A stretch of DNA of 64,000 bases from an uncultured Collinsella sp. (GTDB taxonomy: Bacteria; Actinomycetota; Coriobacteriia; Coriobacteriales; Coriobacteriaceae). The notes beneath the pieces were generated by a model. The model had not been told where the DNA came from. It was given only the letters and a program-made list of their open reading frames with translations, and ran no database searches. Location: the NCBI GenBank assembly GCA_900547345.1, contig URGG01000001.1:2994-66993 (forward strand), given 5' to 3'. The translations under genes and the position numbers were made by a program. This document shows positions 1 through 8,782 of the stretch, one piece after another (the first letter of the stretch is position 1; each line of letters begins with the position of its first letter).

Positions 1-1187
1 GCGCACTTCCACATGGCGTCCCAGTCGAGCTTGCGGCGTGCCTGGCCCATCCTGTCGTCCATGTCGCGGGCGTGGGGCACCTTCTTGGCGATATCGGCGG
101 CGTGTGCGGCGATCTTGGTGGCCATGAGGCCGTCGAGCACATCCTGGGCGTTGGGCAGGCATAGGTGCTCGGCCGGTGTCACGTAGCACAGGAAGTCGGC
201 ACCGGAGCTGGCGGAGATGGCGCCGCCGATGGCGGCGGTGATGTGGTCGTAACCCACGCCGATATCGGTTACCAGCGGTCCGAGCACATAGAACGGAGCA
301 TTGTGGCACAGGCGCTTCTGCAGTTTCATGTTGGCGGCGATCTCGTCGAGCGCCATGTGACCCGGGCCCTCGACCATGACCTGGACGCCGGCGGCCCAAG
401 CGCGCTTGCACAGCTTGCCCAGCTCGATCATCTCAGCGGTCTCGGTGGCGTCGTTGGAGTCGTAGAGGCAGCCCGGGCGGCAGGAGTCGCCGAGCGAAAT
501 CGTCACGTCGTACTCGTGGCAAATCTCGAGCAACTCGTCGTAGAACTCATAGAACGGGTTCTCGTTACCGGTGACCTCCATCCAGCCAAACAGCAGTGAG
601 CCGCCGCGGCTCACGATGTTCATCAGGCGGCCTGTCTCCTTAAAGGTCTTGGTGACCGACTTGTTGATGCCGCAGTGAATGGTCATAAAGTCCACGCCGT
701 CCTCGGCATGCGCGCGCACGACTTCGAACAGGTCGTCCTTGGTGAGCTTGACCAGCGGCTTTTCCATGTAGCCGATGGCGTCGTACATGGGGACGGTGCC
801 TACCATGAGCGGCGTCTCGTCGATGAGCTGCTGGCGGAACTGGCGCGTCTTGCCCGAGTTGGAGAGGTCCATGATGGCGTCGGCGCCAAAGTCCTCGGCG
901 ATCTTGACCTTCTTCCATTCCTCGGCGGCATCGGCCTTGTCGCCCGAGATGCCCAGGTTCACGTTGACCTTGGTGGACAGGCCCTCACCGACGCCAAAGG
1001 CGCGCATGCCCTTTTTGATGTGCACGATGTTGGCGGGAATGGCGATGCGGCCGTCGGCCACGCGCTCGCGGATGTACTCGGGGTCGCGATGCTCGCGCTC
1101 GGCGACCTCCTTCATCTGCGGTGTGATCTGCCCGGCGCGGGCGAAGTCGATTTGCGTGACGAGCTTGGGCTCGGTCTGTGTGCTCAT
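1..1187 (-). CDS. thiC: phosphomethylpyrimidine synthase ThiC (C-terminal end runs off the window)
   Basis: Reverse-strand translation from ATG (1187-1185) reads MSTQTEPKLVTQIDFARAGQITPQMKEVAEREHRDPEYIRERVADGRIAIPANIVH... It carries ThiC hallmarks (MTIHCG, VSRGG, VMVEGPGH, FYVLGPLVTD, LCYVTPAEHL). It is absent from the ORF track only because no stop lies inside the window. Confidence 0.95.
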   Translation of the reverse strand, partial: MSTQTEPKLVTQIDFARAGQITPQMKEVAEREHRDPEYIRERVADGRIAIPANIVHIKKGMRAFGVGEGLSTKVNVNLGISGDKADAAEEWKKVKIAEDFGADAIMDLSNSGKTRQFRQQLIDETPLMVGTVPMYDAIGYMEKPLVKLTKDDLFEVVRAHAEDGVDFMTIHCGINKSVTKTFKETGRLMNIVSRGGSLLFGWMEVTGNENPFYEFYDELLEICHEYDVTISLGDSCRPGCLYDSNDATETAEMIELGKLCKRAWAAGVQVMVEGPGHMALDEIAANMKLQKRLCHNAPFYVLGPLVTDIGVGYDHITAAIGGAISASSGADFLCYVTPAEHLCLPNAQDVLDGLMATKIAAHAADIAKKVPHARDMDDRMGQARRKLDWDAMWKC

Positions 1188-1192
1188 TGGCA

Positions 1193-1290
1193 CGGCTCCC
1201 TTCGTTGGCATTACCCATATCAGGTTTGCGGGTCAGGGCGGGCGCGACCAGTCTCAGCCTGCCGTCTTGTCCTGCAAGCTCCCCGTTTAT
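1193..1290 (-). promoter_or_regulatory. TPP (THI-box) riboswitch in the thiC leader
   Basis: The reverse strand reads ...GGCTGAGACTGGTCGCGCCCGCCCTGACCCGCAAACCTGATATGGGTAATGCCAACGAAGGGAGCC. This contains the conserved CTGAGA, ACCTGAT, GGGTAATGCC and CGAAGGGA elements immediately 5' of the thiC start. Confidence 0.85.
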
Positions 1291-1358
1291 GTAATGGGCT
1301 CAAGTATAGCTCGAATGGGTACGATTGGCCTAACGAGCGTGCCTGTGGGGAGGCGTAC

Positions 1359-1874
1359 ATGGAAGACAAGCATCTATATCGAGAGACGCAATGGGATGTA
1401 TCGGCCGAGGAAAGCCGTGCGCACCATGGGTTGGTCGCGATTGGTTTTGCGGTGCTTGCCGTGCTGGTGATTGCCTTTTGTATTTGGACGTTCGGCGGTC
1501 GTGGCGGCGCCGCCTGGGAGTTTGAAGCCGACGAGGGCCTGCCGATTATGACCATGAAAGTTTCTGGTGGCAACACGGTTGCCGCACCCGGCGACTATTG
1601 GTATCCGTGCGACGAGTTTGTGCAGCTGCAGCTGAGCGGCGGGTCTATTCCGGGCGAAGAAATCGAACGCGTGACGTTTGATGCGGCAATCAAAACACTC
1701 ACGGTGAAGCTCAAAGATCAAGGGGGCGTGCCCACGACCATGGATATCGCTCTGACGGAGTGGCGTCTGGAACCTCCGTCGGGCGTTACGGTATCCGACG
1801 TAGAGCACGTTAAGATTACCTACCAAGATGGCTCGACGAGCGAGATTGCAAAGGCCGATGGCTTGGCGGAGTAA
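1359..1874 (+). CDS. hypothetical membrane-anchored protein (one N-terminal TM helix)
   Basis: ATG at 1359 is preceded by GGGGAGG. The product reads MEDKHLYRETQWDV...LVAIGFAVLAVLVIAFCIWTF, then a soluble domain. The upstream part of track ORF 675..1874 is antisense to thiC and is not coding. Confidence 0.5.
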   Translation: MEDKHLYRETQWDVSAEESRAHHGLVAIGFAVLAVLVIAFCIWTFGGRGGAAWEFEADEGLPIMTMKVSGGNTVAAPGDYWYPCDEFVQLQLSGGSIPGEEIERVTFDAAIKTLTVKLKDQGGVPTTMDIALTEWRLEPPSGVTVSDVEHVKITYQDGSTSEIAKADGLAE

Positions 1875-1897
1875 TGGGGTGTTTGGAAACGGCGGGC

Positions 1898-2707
1898 CTA
1901 TTGTGCCTGCGCGTTCATGAAAACCAGGGTGTTTTTGTCTGAAAGCTCGGGGATGTGCCGATAGCCGATATTGAATGCGGTGAGTTCGCTTGCATCCTCG
2001 AGCTTGTTTTCTGCCATCCACCGCACCATGGAGCCGCGCGCCTTTTTGCTGGCGGTCGACCGTTGGATGGGCTTCCCGTTGCGGATACCCTCGCCAAAGA
2101 GGCATGTGACGGCCGTGGCGTCGCCCGCGAGGTGGGGCAGAACGGCTTTGGCATACTCTACGCTGGCGAGGTTGACGATCGTGGTGTTTGAGCCTGCCGG
2201 GGCGATAGCCCGCGCGAGCTTGTCGCTCCAAAACGCGTAGAGGTCTCGGGCATCGTCAACGGCGAGCTTCGCGCCCATCTCCAGCCGATACGGTTCGACG
2301 GCATGAAAGGGACGAACGCACCCGTAGAGGCCGGAGAGGATCCACAGATGGTCTTGCAGCCATGCGAGCTGCGCGGAATCCATCACCTCGGGTGCCATGC
2401 TCTGGTATTGAATGCCGTGATAGGACATGACGGCAGGGGAGAGGTGGCGAGCGAGTGCGGGATTGTCGAGATCGCCGCTTTTCAGGATGGGCCCGAACTC
2501 ATGCAGGGTGTTGAGGCAAGGCCCCAGCAGTTTGTCACTCACGTTCCACAGCGCCTGCAGGCCGCCGCTGCCTTCATTCCGCTCGATATCTAGCAGTGCG
2601 CGGTGGAGGCGAGCCGTCTCGCGCACAAAGGGTGGGATGCCCAGGACTTCAAAAGCATCTTGGGCCGCGCGCATCTGCTTGGCGGGCGAAATGATGACCT
2701 GCAGCAT
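1898..2707 (-). CDS. yaaA: YaaA-family (DUF328/UPF0246) peroxide-stress protein
   Basis: MLQVIISPAKQM... is the typical YaaA N-terminus. The internal ATG at 2707 was chosen because the upstream extension of track ORF 1898..2908 is Pro/Ser/Arg junk. Confidence 0.85.
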   Translation of the reverse strand: MLQVIISPAKQMRAAQDAFEVLGIPPFVRETARLHRALLDIERNEGSGGLQALWNVSDKLLGPCLNTLHEFGPILKSGDLDNPALARHLSPAVMSYHGIQYQSMAPEVMDSAQLAWLQDHLWILSGLYGCVRPFHAVEPYRLEMGAKLAVDDARDLYAFWSDKLARAIAPAGSNTTIVNLASVEYAKAVLPHLAGDATAVTCLFGEGIRNGKPIQRSTASKKARGSMVRWMAENKLEDASELTAFNIGYRHIPELSDKNTLVFMNAQAQ

Positions 2708-2730
2708 GAACTCTCCTCTGCCAAAAAAGA

Positions 2731-2797
2731 AATTGCGGTGGAATACGGTCTGTTTTGGCCGTTTATGGGCCAGTTTAGTCCGTATTTCACCGCAACT
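2731..2797. repeat. conserved hairpin element, family C, copy 1 (terminator-like)
   Basis: AATTGCGGTGGAATACGGTCTGTTTT ... AGTTTAGTCCGTATTTCACCGCAACT. By eye it is about 85% identical to the hairpin at 23632..23700. ACGG/CCGT here versus AGGG/CCCT there keeps the pairing. Confidence 0.7.
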
Positions 2798-2810
2798 GAT
2801 GAAGGGTTGG

Positions 2811-4208
2811 TTAGGCTCGCTCGATGAAGGCCTTGTAGCCGCGATAGGCCTCGTAGATATCGGCCTTGTTGGCGACCTCCCACAGGGCGTGCATGGACAG
2901 GACGGCAACGCCGGAGTCGATGACGTTCATGCCGTACTTGGCCATGATGTAGGCGATGGTGCCGCCGCCACCAGCGTTGACGCGGCCGAGCTCACAGGTC
3001 TGGAAGTCCACGCCGGCCTCGTCCATGATGTCGCGGACGAGGGCCACGTACTCGGCGTCGGCGTCGTTGGAGCCGCCCTTGCCGCGGCTGCCCGTGTACT
3101 TGTTGAAGCACAGGCCACGACCCATGAAGGCTGCGTTCTTGGTCTCGAACTTGCCGGCGTAGCCCGGGTCGAAGCCGGCGGACACGTCGGAGGAGAGCAT
3201 ACGGCTGCGGGCGAGCGCGCGGCGCAAAGCCAGCGGGCTGTCCTCGCCGGCGAGTGTCATGATCTCGGCGACGGTGTTCTCGAAGAAGCGGCTCGTCATG
3301 CCGGTGGCACCCACGGAGCCGATCTCCTCTTTGTCGACGATGAGCGTGATGCTCGTGCGCTCGACATTGGCCACATTGATCTGGGCGAGCATGGAGGGGT
3401 AAGCGCAGACGCGGTCGTCGTGACCATAGCCCAGAATCATGGAACGGTCGAGGCCCATGTCGCGGGCGGGGCCGGCGGGCACGACCTCGATCTCGGCGGA
3501 GAGGAAGTCCTCCTCCTCGACGCCGTACTGCTCCTTGAGGATGTCCAGGAACATCTGCTTGACGGGCTCCTTGGGGGCGTCCTTGTCGTCCTCATCGAAC
3601 TTGACGGGACGGCCGCCCACGATCACGTCGAGGATCTCGGCGTCGACGGCGTCCTTGGCGGGCTTGGCCATCTGCTCGCTCGAAAGATGGATCAGCAGGT
3701 CGGAGATGGTAAAGACCGGGTCGTCGGCCTTGTCGCCGATATTGATGTCGACGGTGGTGCCGTCCTTTTTGCAGATGACGCCCACGAGTGCGAGAGGGGA
3801 GGCCACCCAGTGGTAGCTCTTGACGCCGCCGTAGTAGTGCGTGTCGAGATAAGCCATGTCGCCGGCCTCGAAGGCGGGGTTCTGCTTAAGGTCCAGGCGC
3901 GGCGAGTCCACGTGCGCGCCCAGGATGTTAAAGCCCTGCTCGAGCGGGGCGGTGCCCAGGTTGACGAGCATAAGGTCCTTGCCGTGGTTAGCGGCATACA
4001 CCTTGTCGCCTGCCTTGAGCTCGCGGCCTTCGGCGATTACGGTCTCCAGGTCGACGTATCCCGCCTCCTCGGCCATCTTGATGCCGGCCTTGACGCACAG
4101 GCGCTCGGTCTTGTTCTCACTCAAAAACTGCTTATAGCCGCGGCAAAGCTCCTCGAGCTCCTCGATTTGCTGTGGCGTGTACTTTTCCCATGCGCAGGGA
4201 CGCTCCAT
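2811..4208 (-). CDS. M18-family aminopeptidase (aspartyl aminopeptidase-like)
   Basis: MERPCAWEKYTPQQIEELEELCRGYKQFLSENKTERLCV...GAHVDSPRLDLK...GYGHDDRVC...DKEEIGS...SMHA. ATG at 4208 has AAAGGAG 8 nt upstream. Confidence 0.85.
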   Translation of the reverse strand: MERPCAWEKYTPQQIEELEELCRGYKQFLSENKTERLCVKAGIKMAEEAGYVDLETVIAEGRELKAGDKVYAANHGKDLMLVNLGTAPLEQGFNILGAHVDSPRLDLKQNPAFEAGDMAYLDTHYYGGVKSYHWVASPLALVGVICKKDGTTVDINIGDKADDPVFTISDLLIHLSSEQMAKPAKDAVDAEILDVIVGGRPVKFDEDDKDAPKEPVKQMFLDILKEQYGVEEEDFLSAEIEVVPAGPARDMGLDRSMILGYGHDDRVCAYPSMLAQINVANVERTSITLIVDKEEIGSVGATGMTSRFFENTVAEIMTLAGEDSPLALRRALARSRMLSSDVSAGFDPGYAGKFETKNAAFMGRGLCFNKYTGSRGKGGSNDADAEYVALVRDIMDEAGVDFQTCELGRVNAGGGGTIAYIMAKYGMNVIDSGVAVLSMHALWEVANKADIYEAYRGYKAFIERA

Positions 4209-4374
4209 GACGCAGGCTCCTTTCGGATCGATCGTGCTGGTTGATGTACCGTGAGCCATCGTATCACGCGCGGGCTCACGGTGGCGGGGGAGCTTGATGT
4301 GAGGTGGCCGCGGGGCGGGGAGCGTGTAAACTGGAGTGAGCAAACCGTGCCCAGCCTAAAGCGAGGTATTCAAT

Positions 4375-7125
4375 ATGTCTGACAAGCGCCGCACCTTTGC
4401 CGTTATCGACGGCAACTCGCTCATGCATCGCGCCTTCCACGCCGTGCCGCCGACCATGAACGCGCCGGACGGTCGTCCCACCAACGCGATTTTTGGCTTT
4501 TTGAATATGTTCCTCAAGATGATTGACGCCTTTAATCCCGACGGCGTTGTTGTGGCGTTTGACAAGGGCAAGCCGCGCGTGCGCATGGAGATGCTGCCGC
4601 AGTACAAGGCTCAGCGCCCGCCCATGGACCCCGATCTGCATGCGCAGTTCCCTATGATCAAGGAGCTGCTCGTCGCACTCAACGTGCCGATTCTGCAGTC
4701 TGAGGGCTGGGAAGGCGATGACATCCTGGGCACTATGGCACGTCTGGGTGAAGAGGCCGGCTGTGACATGCTGCTGGTGACCGGTGATCGCGATATGTAT
4801 CAGCTCGTGACCGAGCACGTCAACGTGGTCTCGACCCGCAAGGGCCTGTCCGACGTGGCGATCATGACGCCCGAGAGCGTGGACGATCTGTATCACGGCA
4901 TCACGCCGGCGCTCGTGCCCGACTTTTATGGTCTGAAGGGCGACACGTCCGATAACATCCCCGGCGTGCCGGGCATCGGCCCCAAAAAGGCGAGCGCGCT
5001 CATTGCGCAGTACGGTAGCCTGGACGAGGTCATCGCGCATGCTGACGAGGTCAAGGGCAAGATGGGCGAGAACCTGCGCGCACACATCGACGACGCACTG
5101 CTGAGCCGTAAGGTGGCGACAATTCGCACCGATGCGCCCGTCGAGCTCGACTTTGAGGCGACGTCCTTCCCGACGTTTTCTGCCGATGAGGTTTCCGCGG
5201 CGCTGGGTACGCTTGGCATCACCGCCATGCAGAACCGTTTCTTGGCGCTGATCGGCGGCGAGGGCGGGGTTGCTGCTGTCTCCAGTGTGTTTGAGATACC
5301 TGCGATGGCTCGCGCAGCCGCCGGTGATGCCGACGCGCTTGGTGCCGTTGCGGCTGAGGTCTCCCGCGCAATTGATGCCGGCGAGTGGGTCGCCGCCGTG
5401 GTGGACGACGACAAGGAAGAGGGCGCGCTCTTTGGACTGACGCGCACGCTGTGGTTGGCGACGTCCAAGGGCCTGTTCGCGCTCGAGGAGGGCGACAGCT
5501 GTGCGGTGGCTGAGGGTGAGGGCTTCAACTTCGTCCACGGCGTGATTGCCGGCGTGCTCGCGCGTCTGTTTATGGAGGGTCGCGTGGCGAGCCCGGATAT
5601 GAAGGCGCTGCTGCATGAGCTTTCGCCTATCGATTCTTCCGAGCCCGAGCTCATGGATCCGCTGGCAGTCGATTCCACGCGTATCTTCGATACCGTGGTC
5701 GCTGCCTACCTGCTGGATTCCGATCGCTCCGAGTTCGATGAGGCATATCTGGCCGATACCTATTTGCAGATGTCGCTGCCTGCGACGCGCGGTGCAGAGG
5801 GTGCCGGCGAGGACGCTCCCGCACCCGCCGCTCGCACGGCGGCCTTGACGCTGGCGCTGGTCGCACCGCTGCGCGACCGCATGGCCCGCGAGAACGCCGC
5901 CAACGTGTTCGATGGCATCGAGATGCCACTCGTGCCGGTGCTTGCCAAGATGGAGCGCGCGGGCATGCTCGTGGATCCTGACCGCCTGCGTAATCTGTCC
6001 GAGGGCCTGGCGACCCAGATCACCGAGGTTGAGCGCAGTATTCGCGACCTGGCGGGTGACGAGACCTTTAATATTGGCAGTCCCATGCAGCTGTCGCATG
6101 TGCTCTTTGATGTGATGGGGCTTCCGACCAAGGGCCTCAAGAAGACTAAGCGCGGCTATTATTCGACCAACGCCAAGGTGCTGAGTGACCTTGCCCGCGA
6201 CCACGAGATCGTGCGCCTGATTTTGGACTGGCGTGAGAAGTCCAAAATCAAGTCCACCTATCTGGACACGCTGGGCCCGCTACGCCGTGGTGACGGTCGT
6301 GTGCACACTACGTACAACCAGACCATCACGGCAACGGGGCGTCTGTCCTCGAGCGACCCGAACCTGCAGAACATCCCGACGCGCTCGGAGCTGGGTCGTA
6401 CCGTCAAGACGGCGTTTTCGGCAGGCGAGGGAAGCGTCTTTTTGGCGGTGGACTACTCGCAGATAGAGCTGCGTCTGCTGGCACATCTCTCGGGTGACGA
6501 GCACTTGGTGCGCGCCTTTAACGAGGGCGAGGACTTCCATGCCGAGACGGCGGCGCGCGTGTTCGGTGTGCCGGTGTCCGAGGTAACGCCCGACCTGCGC
6601 AGTCGCGCCAAGGCCGTGAACTTTGGCATCGTGTACGGTCAGCAGGCCTACGGTCTGTCGCAGTCGCTGCATATCTCGATGGCCGAGGCGCGCGACATGA
6701 TCGACCGCTACTACGAGGCCTACCCGGGCGTGCGTACGTTCCTCGACAACGTGGTGGCGCGCGCCAAGCAGACGGGCTACGCCGAGACCATGTACGGCCG
6801 CCGTCGTCATATTCCGGAGCTCAAGGCCAAAAATCCGCAACTCCGCGGCTTCGGCGAGCGCACGGCCATGAACCACCCCATGCAGGGCACCGCGGCCGAC
6901 ATCATCAAGATCGCCATGGCCCGCGTAAGCCGCCGCCTGGAAGAAGAGGGCTTTGCCGCCCACATGATCCTGCAAGTGCACGACGAACTGGACTTTGAGT
7001 GCCCCATCGACGAAGTCGAGCGCCTAACCACCATGGTCCGTGACGTCATGGAGCGCGTAGTAGACCTCCGCGTCCCCCTAATCGCCGAAGCCAGCACCGG
7101 CATAACCTGGGCCGACGCCAAATAG
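4375..7125 (+). CDS. polA: DNA polymerase I
   Basis: 916 aa. It has an N-terminal 5'-3' exonuclease domain (FAVIDGNSLMHRAFHA, GDRDMYQL, DNIPGVPGIGPKKA) and a C-terminal Pol A domain (DYSQIELRLLAH, RSRAKAVNFGIVYGQ, QVHDEL). Confidence 0.97.
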   Translation: MSDKRRTFAVIDGNSLMHRAFHAVPPTMNAPDGRPTNAIFGFLNMFLKMIDAFNPDGVVVAFDKGKPRVRMEMLPQYKAQRPPMDPDLHAQFPMIKELLVALNVPILQSEGWEGDDILGTMARLGEEAGCDMLLVTGDRDMYQLVTEHVNVVSTRKGLSDVAIMTPESVDDLYHGITPALVPDFYGLKGDTSDNIPGVPGIGPKKASALIAQYGSLDEVIAHADEVKGKMGENLRAHIDDALLSRKVATIRTDAPVELDFEATSFPTFSADEVSAALGTLGITAMQNRFLALIGGEGGVAAVSSVFEIPAMARAAAGDADALGAVAAEVSRAIDAGEWVAAVVDDDKEEGALFGLTRTLWLATSKGLFALEEGDSCAVAEGEGFNFVHGVIAGVLARLFMEGRVASPDMKALLHELSPIDSSEPELMDPLAVDSTRIFDTVVAAYLLDSDRSEFDEAYLADTYLQMSLPATRGAEGAGEDAPAPAARTAALTLALVAPLRDRMARENAANVFDGIEMPLVPVLAKMERAGMLVDPDRLRNLSEGLATQITEVERSIRDLAGDETFNIGSPMQLSHVLFDVMGLPTKGLKKTKRGYYSTNAKVLSDLARDHEIVRLILDWREKSKIKSTYLDTLGPLRRGDGRVHTTYNQTITATGRLSSSDPNLQNIPTRSELGRTVKTAFSAGEGSVFLAVDYSQIELRLLAHLSGDEHLVRAFNEGEDFHAETAARVFGVPVSEVTPDLRSRAKAVNFGIVYGQQAYGLSQSLHISMAEARDMIDRYYEAYPGVRTFLDNVVARAKQTGYAETMYGRRRHIPELKAKNPQLRGFGERTAMNHPMQGTAADIIKIAMARVSRRLEEEGFAAHMILQVHDELDFECPIDEVERLTTMVRDVMERVVDLRVPLIAEASTGITWADAK

Positions 7126-7158
7126 GGAAGTGCCCACAACCCTAAAGTAACCAAACCA

Positions 7159-7192
7159 GAAGGGGGCTCCTTGCCAACAAGGAGCCCCCTTC
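7159..7192 (+). terminator. hairpin downstream of polA
   Basis: GAAGGGGGCTCCTT-gccaac-AAGGAGCCCCCTTC is a perfect 14-bp stem. There is no strong T-run. Confidence 0.65.
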
Positions 7193-7261
7193 GTTCAATT
7201 AAATTCAGCCTAAGTATCTAGACACTCAAGACGCCATCTAGGCGGCAAACAAGTAAACCTA

Positions 7262-7390
7262 GGGCCTGGCCGGGCGGCACAGGTTAACTTTTCGTAGATT
7301 CCGCACGCAAAGAAAGCCACTTAATGTGGCTTTCGTCTTGCGCAGGACCTGACCGAGCGAAAAGTTATCCTGTGCCGCCCGGCCAGGCCC
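7262..7390. repeat. long near-perfect inverted repeat (33-bp arms, 63-nt spacer containing an inner hairpin)
   Basis: The left arm is GGGCCTGGCCGGGCGGCACAGGTTAACTTTTCG (7262-7294). The right arm is CGAAAAGTTATCCTGTGCCGCCCGGCCAGGCCC (7358-7390), with one mismatch. The inner hairpin is AAAGCCAC-ttaa-TGTGGCTTT. Confidence 0.75.
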
Positions 7391-7400
7391 GATGGGACGG

Positions 7401-8228
7401 CTACCGGGCCGCCAAGATAGCGTCGATGAGCGTCAGTACGCCCCCGTCGTTGTTGCTCGGAATGCGCCACTTGGCATGCGCGTTCATGTGCTCCTCGGCG
7501 TTATCCACGATAAAGCTATGCCCGACGCGCTCCAGCATGGGGATGTCGTTGTAGGTATCACCCACGGCGGCAGCATCGGCAATATCGATGCCCAGGTGCT
7601 CGCACAGGTGCGCGACGCCGGCGCCCTTGTCGACGCCCAGGTTCATAAAGTCGATCCACTCGCGCCCGGCGTTGGTGACGTAGAGCTTGTCCGAGAACTC
7701 GGGGCTATAGGTCTCGCGGAAAGCGGGCTCGGCGTCGTAGCCGGGGAAGAAGACCGAAATCTTGTTGGACTCGAAATCGATGCCCTCAAAGCTGTCGACG
7801 TAGTTGATTGTGTTGTAGTAGACGCTGATCTCGTCGTGGTATTGATGGTCGCGGGCAAGCACGTAGAACTCGTCGAAGCAGCACAGGACGGGGACAGCGC
7901 GAGGATCCTCCGAGGCACGGTTCAAGACCTGCTGATACAGCTCCACGTCAATATTGCTCTTATAGATATAGCTGCCGCGATAGATCACGCACGCTCCGTT
8001 GTCGGGACAAAAGGCGAGGCGGTTTTTGATGCCCTCGAACATCTCCTCGAGCTTGGGGGCGGGACGTCCGCTGGCGGGGCAGAATACGATGCCGGCGTCG
8101 GCGAGCTTGTCCAGGCGCTCATCAAGACCCTGGGGCAGCACACGCTCGTCGGTCAGCAGCGTCTTGTCCATGTCGACGGCGAGAATCTTAATGTTTCCGA
8201 TATTGGCGTCCGATTCGTAAGTTTGCAT
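7401..8228 (-). CDS. Cof-type HAD-IIB phosphatase
   Basis: ILAVDMDKTLL (motif I) ... FCPASGRP ... GDTYNDIPMLE (motif IV). 275 aa. Confidence 0.85.
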   Translation of the reverse strand: MQTYESDANIGNIKILAVDMDKTLLTDERVLPQGLDERLDKLADAGIVFCPASGRPAPKLEEMFEGIKNRLAFCPDNGACVIYRGSYIYKSNIDVELYQQVLNRASEDPRAVPVLCCFDEFYVLARDHQYHDEISVYYNTINYVDSFEGIDFESNKISVFFPGYDAEPAFRETYSPEFSDKLYVTNAGREWIDFMNLGVDKGAGVAHLCEHLGIDIADAAAVGDTYNDIPMLERVGHSFIVDNAEEHMNAHAKWRIPSNNDGGVLTLIDAILAAR

Positions 8229-8502
8229 AAAAGCGAGCCTTTCGTTTCGAGATTGTTTCAGACGTTATAACCATCAATTCGTAGTTGGGCGTATTTTCGC
8301 AGGAACGGAGCGTATTTGCACCACGCTTCACAAAGTAATGAAAAAACTTTTCAGAAATTTGAATTTGTCGCTTGCGCAGCGTGCACTTTATCGTAATATA
8401 GCGACCATCGAAAACGGAGACGGAAAAACAACCGCTTACCGAGGAAAAGGTACCGTTTACGATATTAGAATTGCGCCCGGCGATAGGTGAAAGGAGAGGC
8501 AG

Positions 8503-8577
8503 ATGCAGTTCGTAAAGATCATCACCACTGCAGACAATGCCATCCGACGCCAGCGCGCAATTTCCCGACGACGATAA
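8503..8577 (+). CDS. candidate 24-aa Arg-rich leader peptide upstream of argG
   Basis: GAAAGGAGAGG lies 5 nt before the ATG. The peptide is MQFVKIITTADNAIRRQRAISRRR, ending CGA-CGA-CGA-TAA. It lies in the unusually long AT-richer argG leader. It is too short for the ORF track. Confidence 0.3.
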   Translation: MQFVKIITTADNAIRRQRAISRRR

Positions 8578-8782
8578 CAATCGTCTCTGTCCGCATGGGG
8601 CGAATTGCCTCAACAGAGTCATTTTGAGGTCGTTGGGTTTTAGCACGACATTGCTACATGTTTCTAGGGCATGTATGTGCTGATTTTTGCTATTTAACCT
8701 GATATTGCACGGTATATGACCTTGAAATGACTTGCAACTGACCGATGTTCTAACTAGCTACCAAGGGCGAAAGGAAACAGCC

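Noticed and set aside
4276-6204. 642-aa minus-strand ORF; also 2427..4244(+), 8750..10054(-), 10316..11989(-), 13623..14816(-), 16188..17558(-), 21160..22533(-), 28288..29259(-), 32049..33479(-), 33700..35457(-), 61474..62691(-)
   Set aside because: Each is antisense to a gene with unambiguous family motifs (polA, aminopeptidase, argG, argH, cyuA-like, rpsA, MFS, modA, dehydratase-like A, SBP, pepE/aroA). All translate to Arg/Ala/Gly/His-rich junk typical of the shadow frames of high-GC genes.
8188-8646. 152-aa minus-strand ORF in the argG upstream spacer
   Set aside because: It lies in an A/T-richer non-coding region and overlaps the start of the Cof-type phosphatase gene. It has no RBS or family motifs, and its composition is unlike neighbouring genes.
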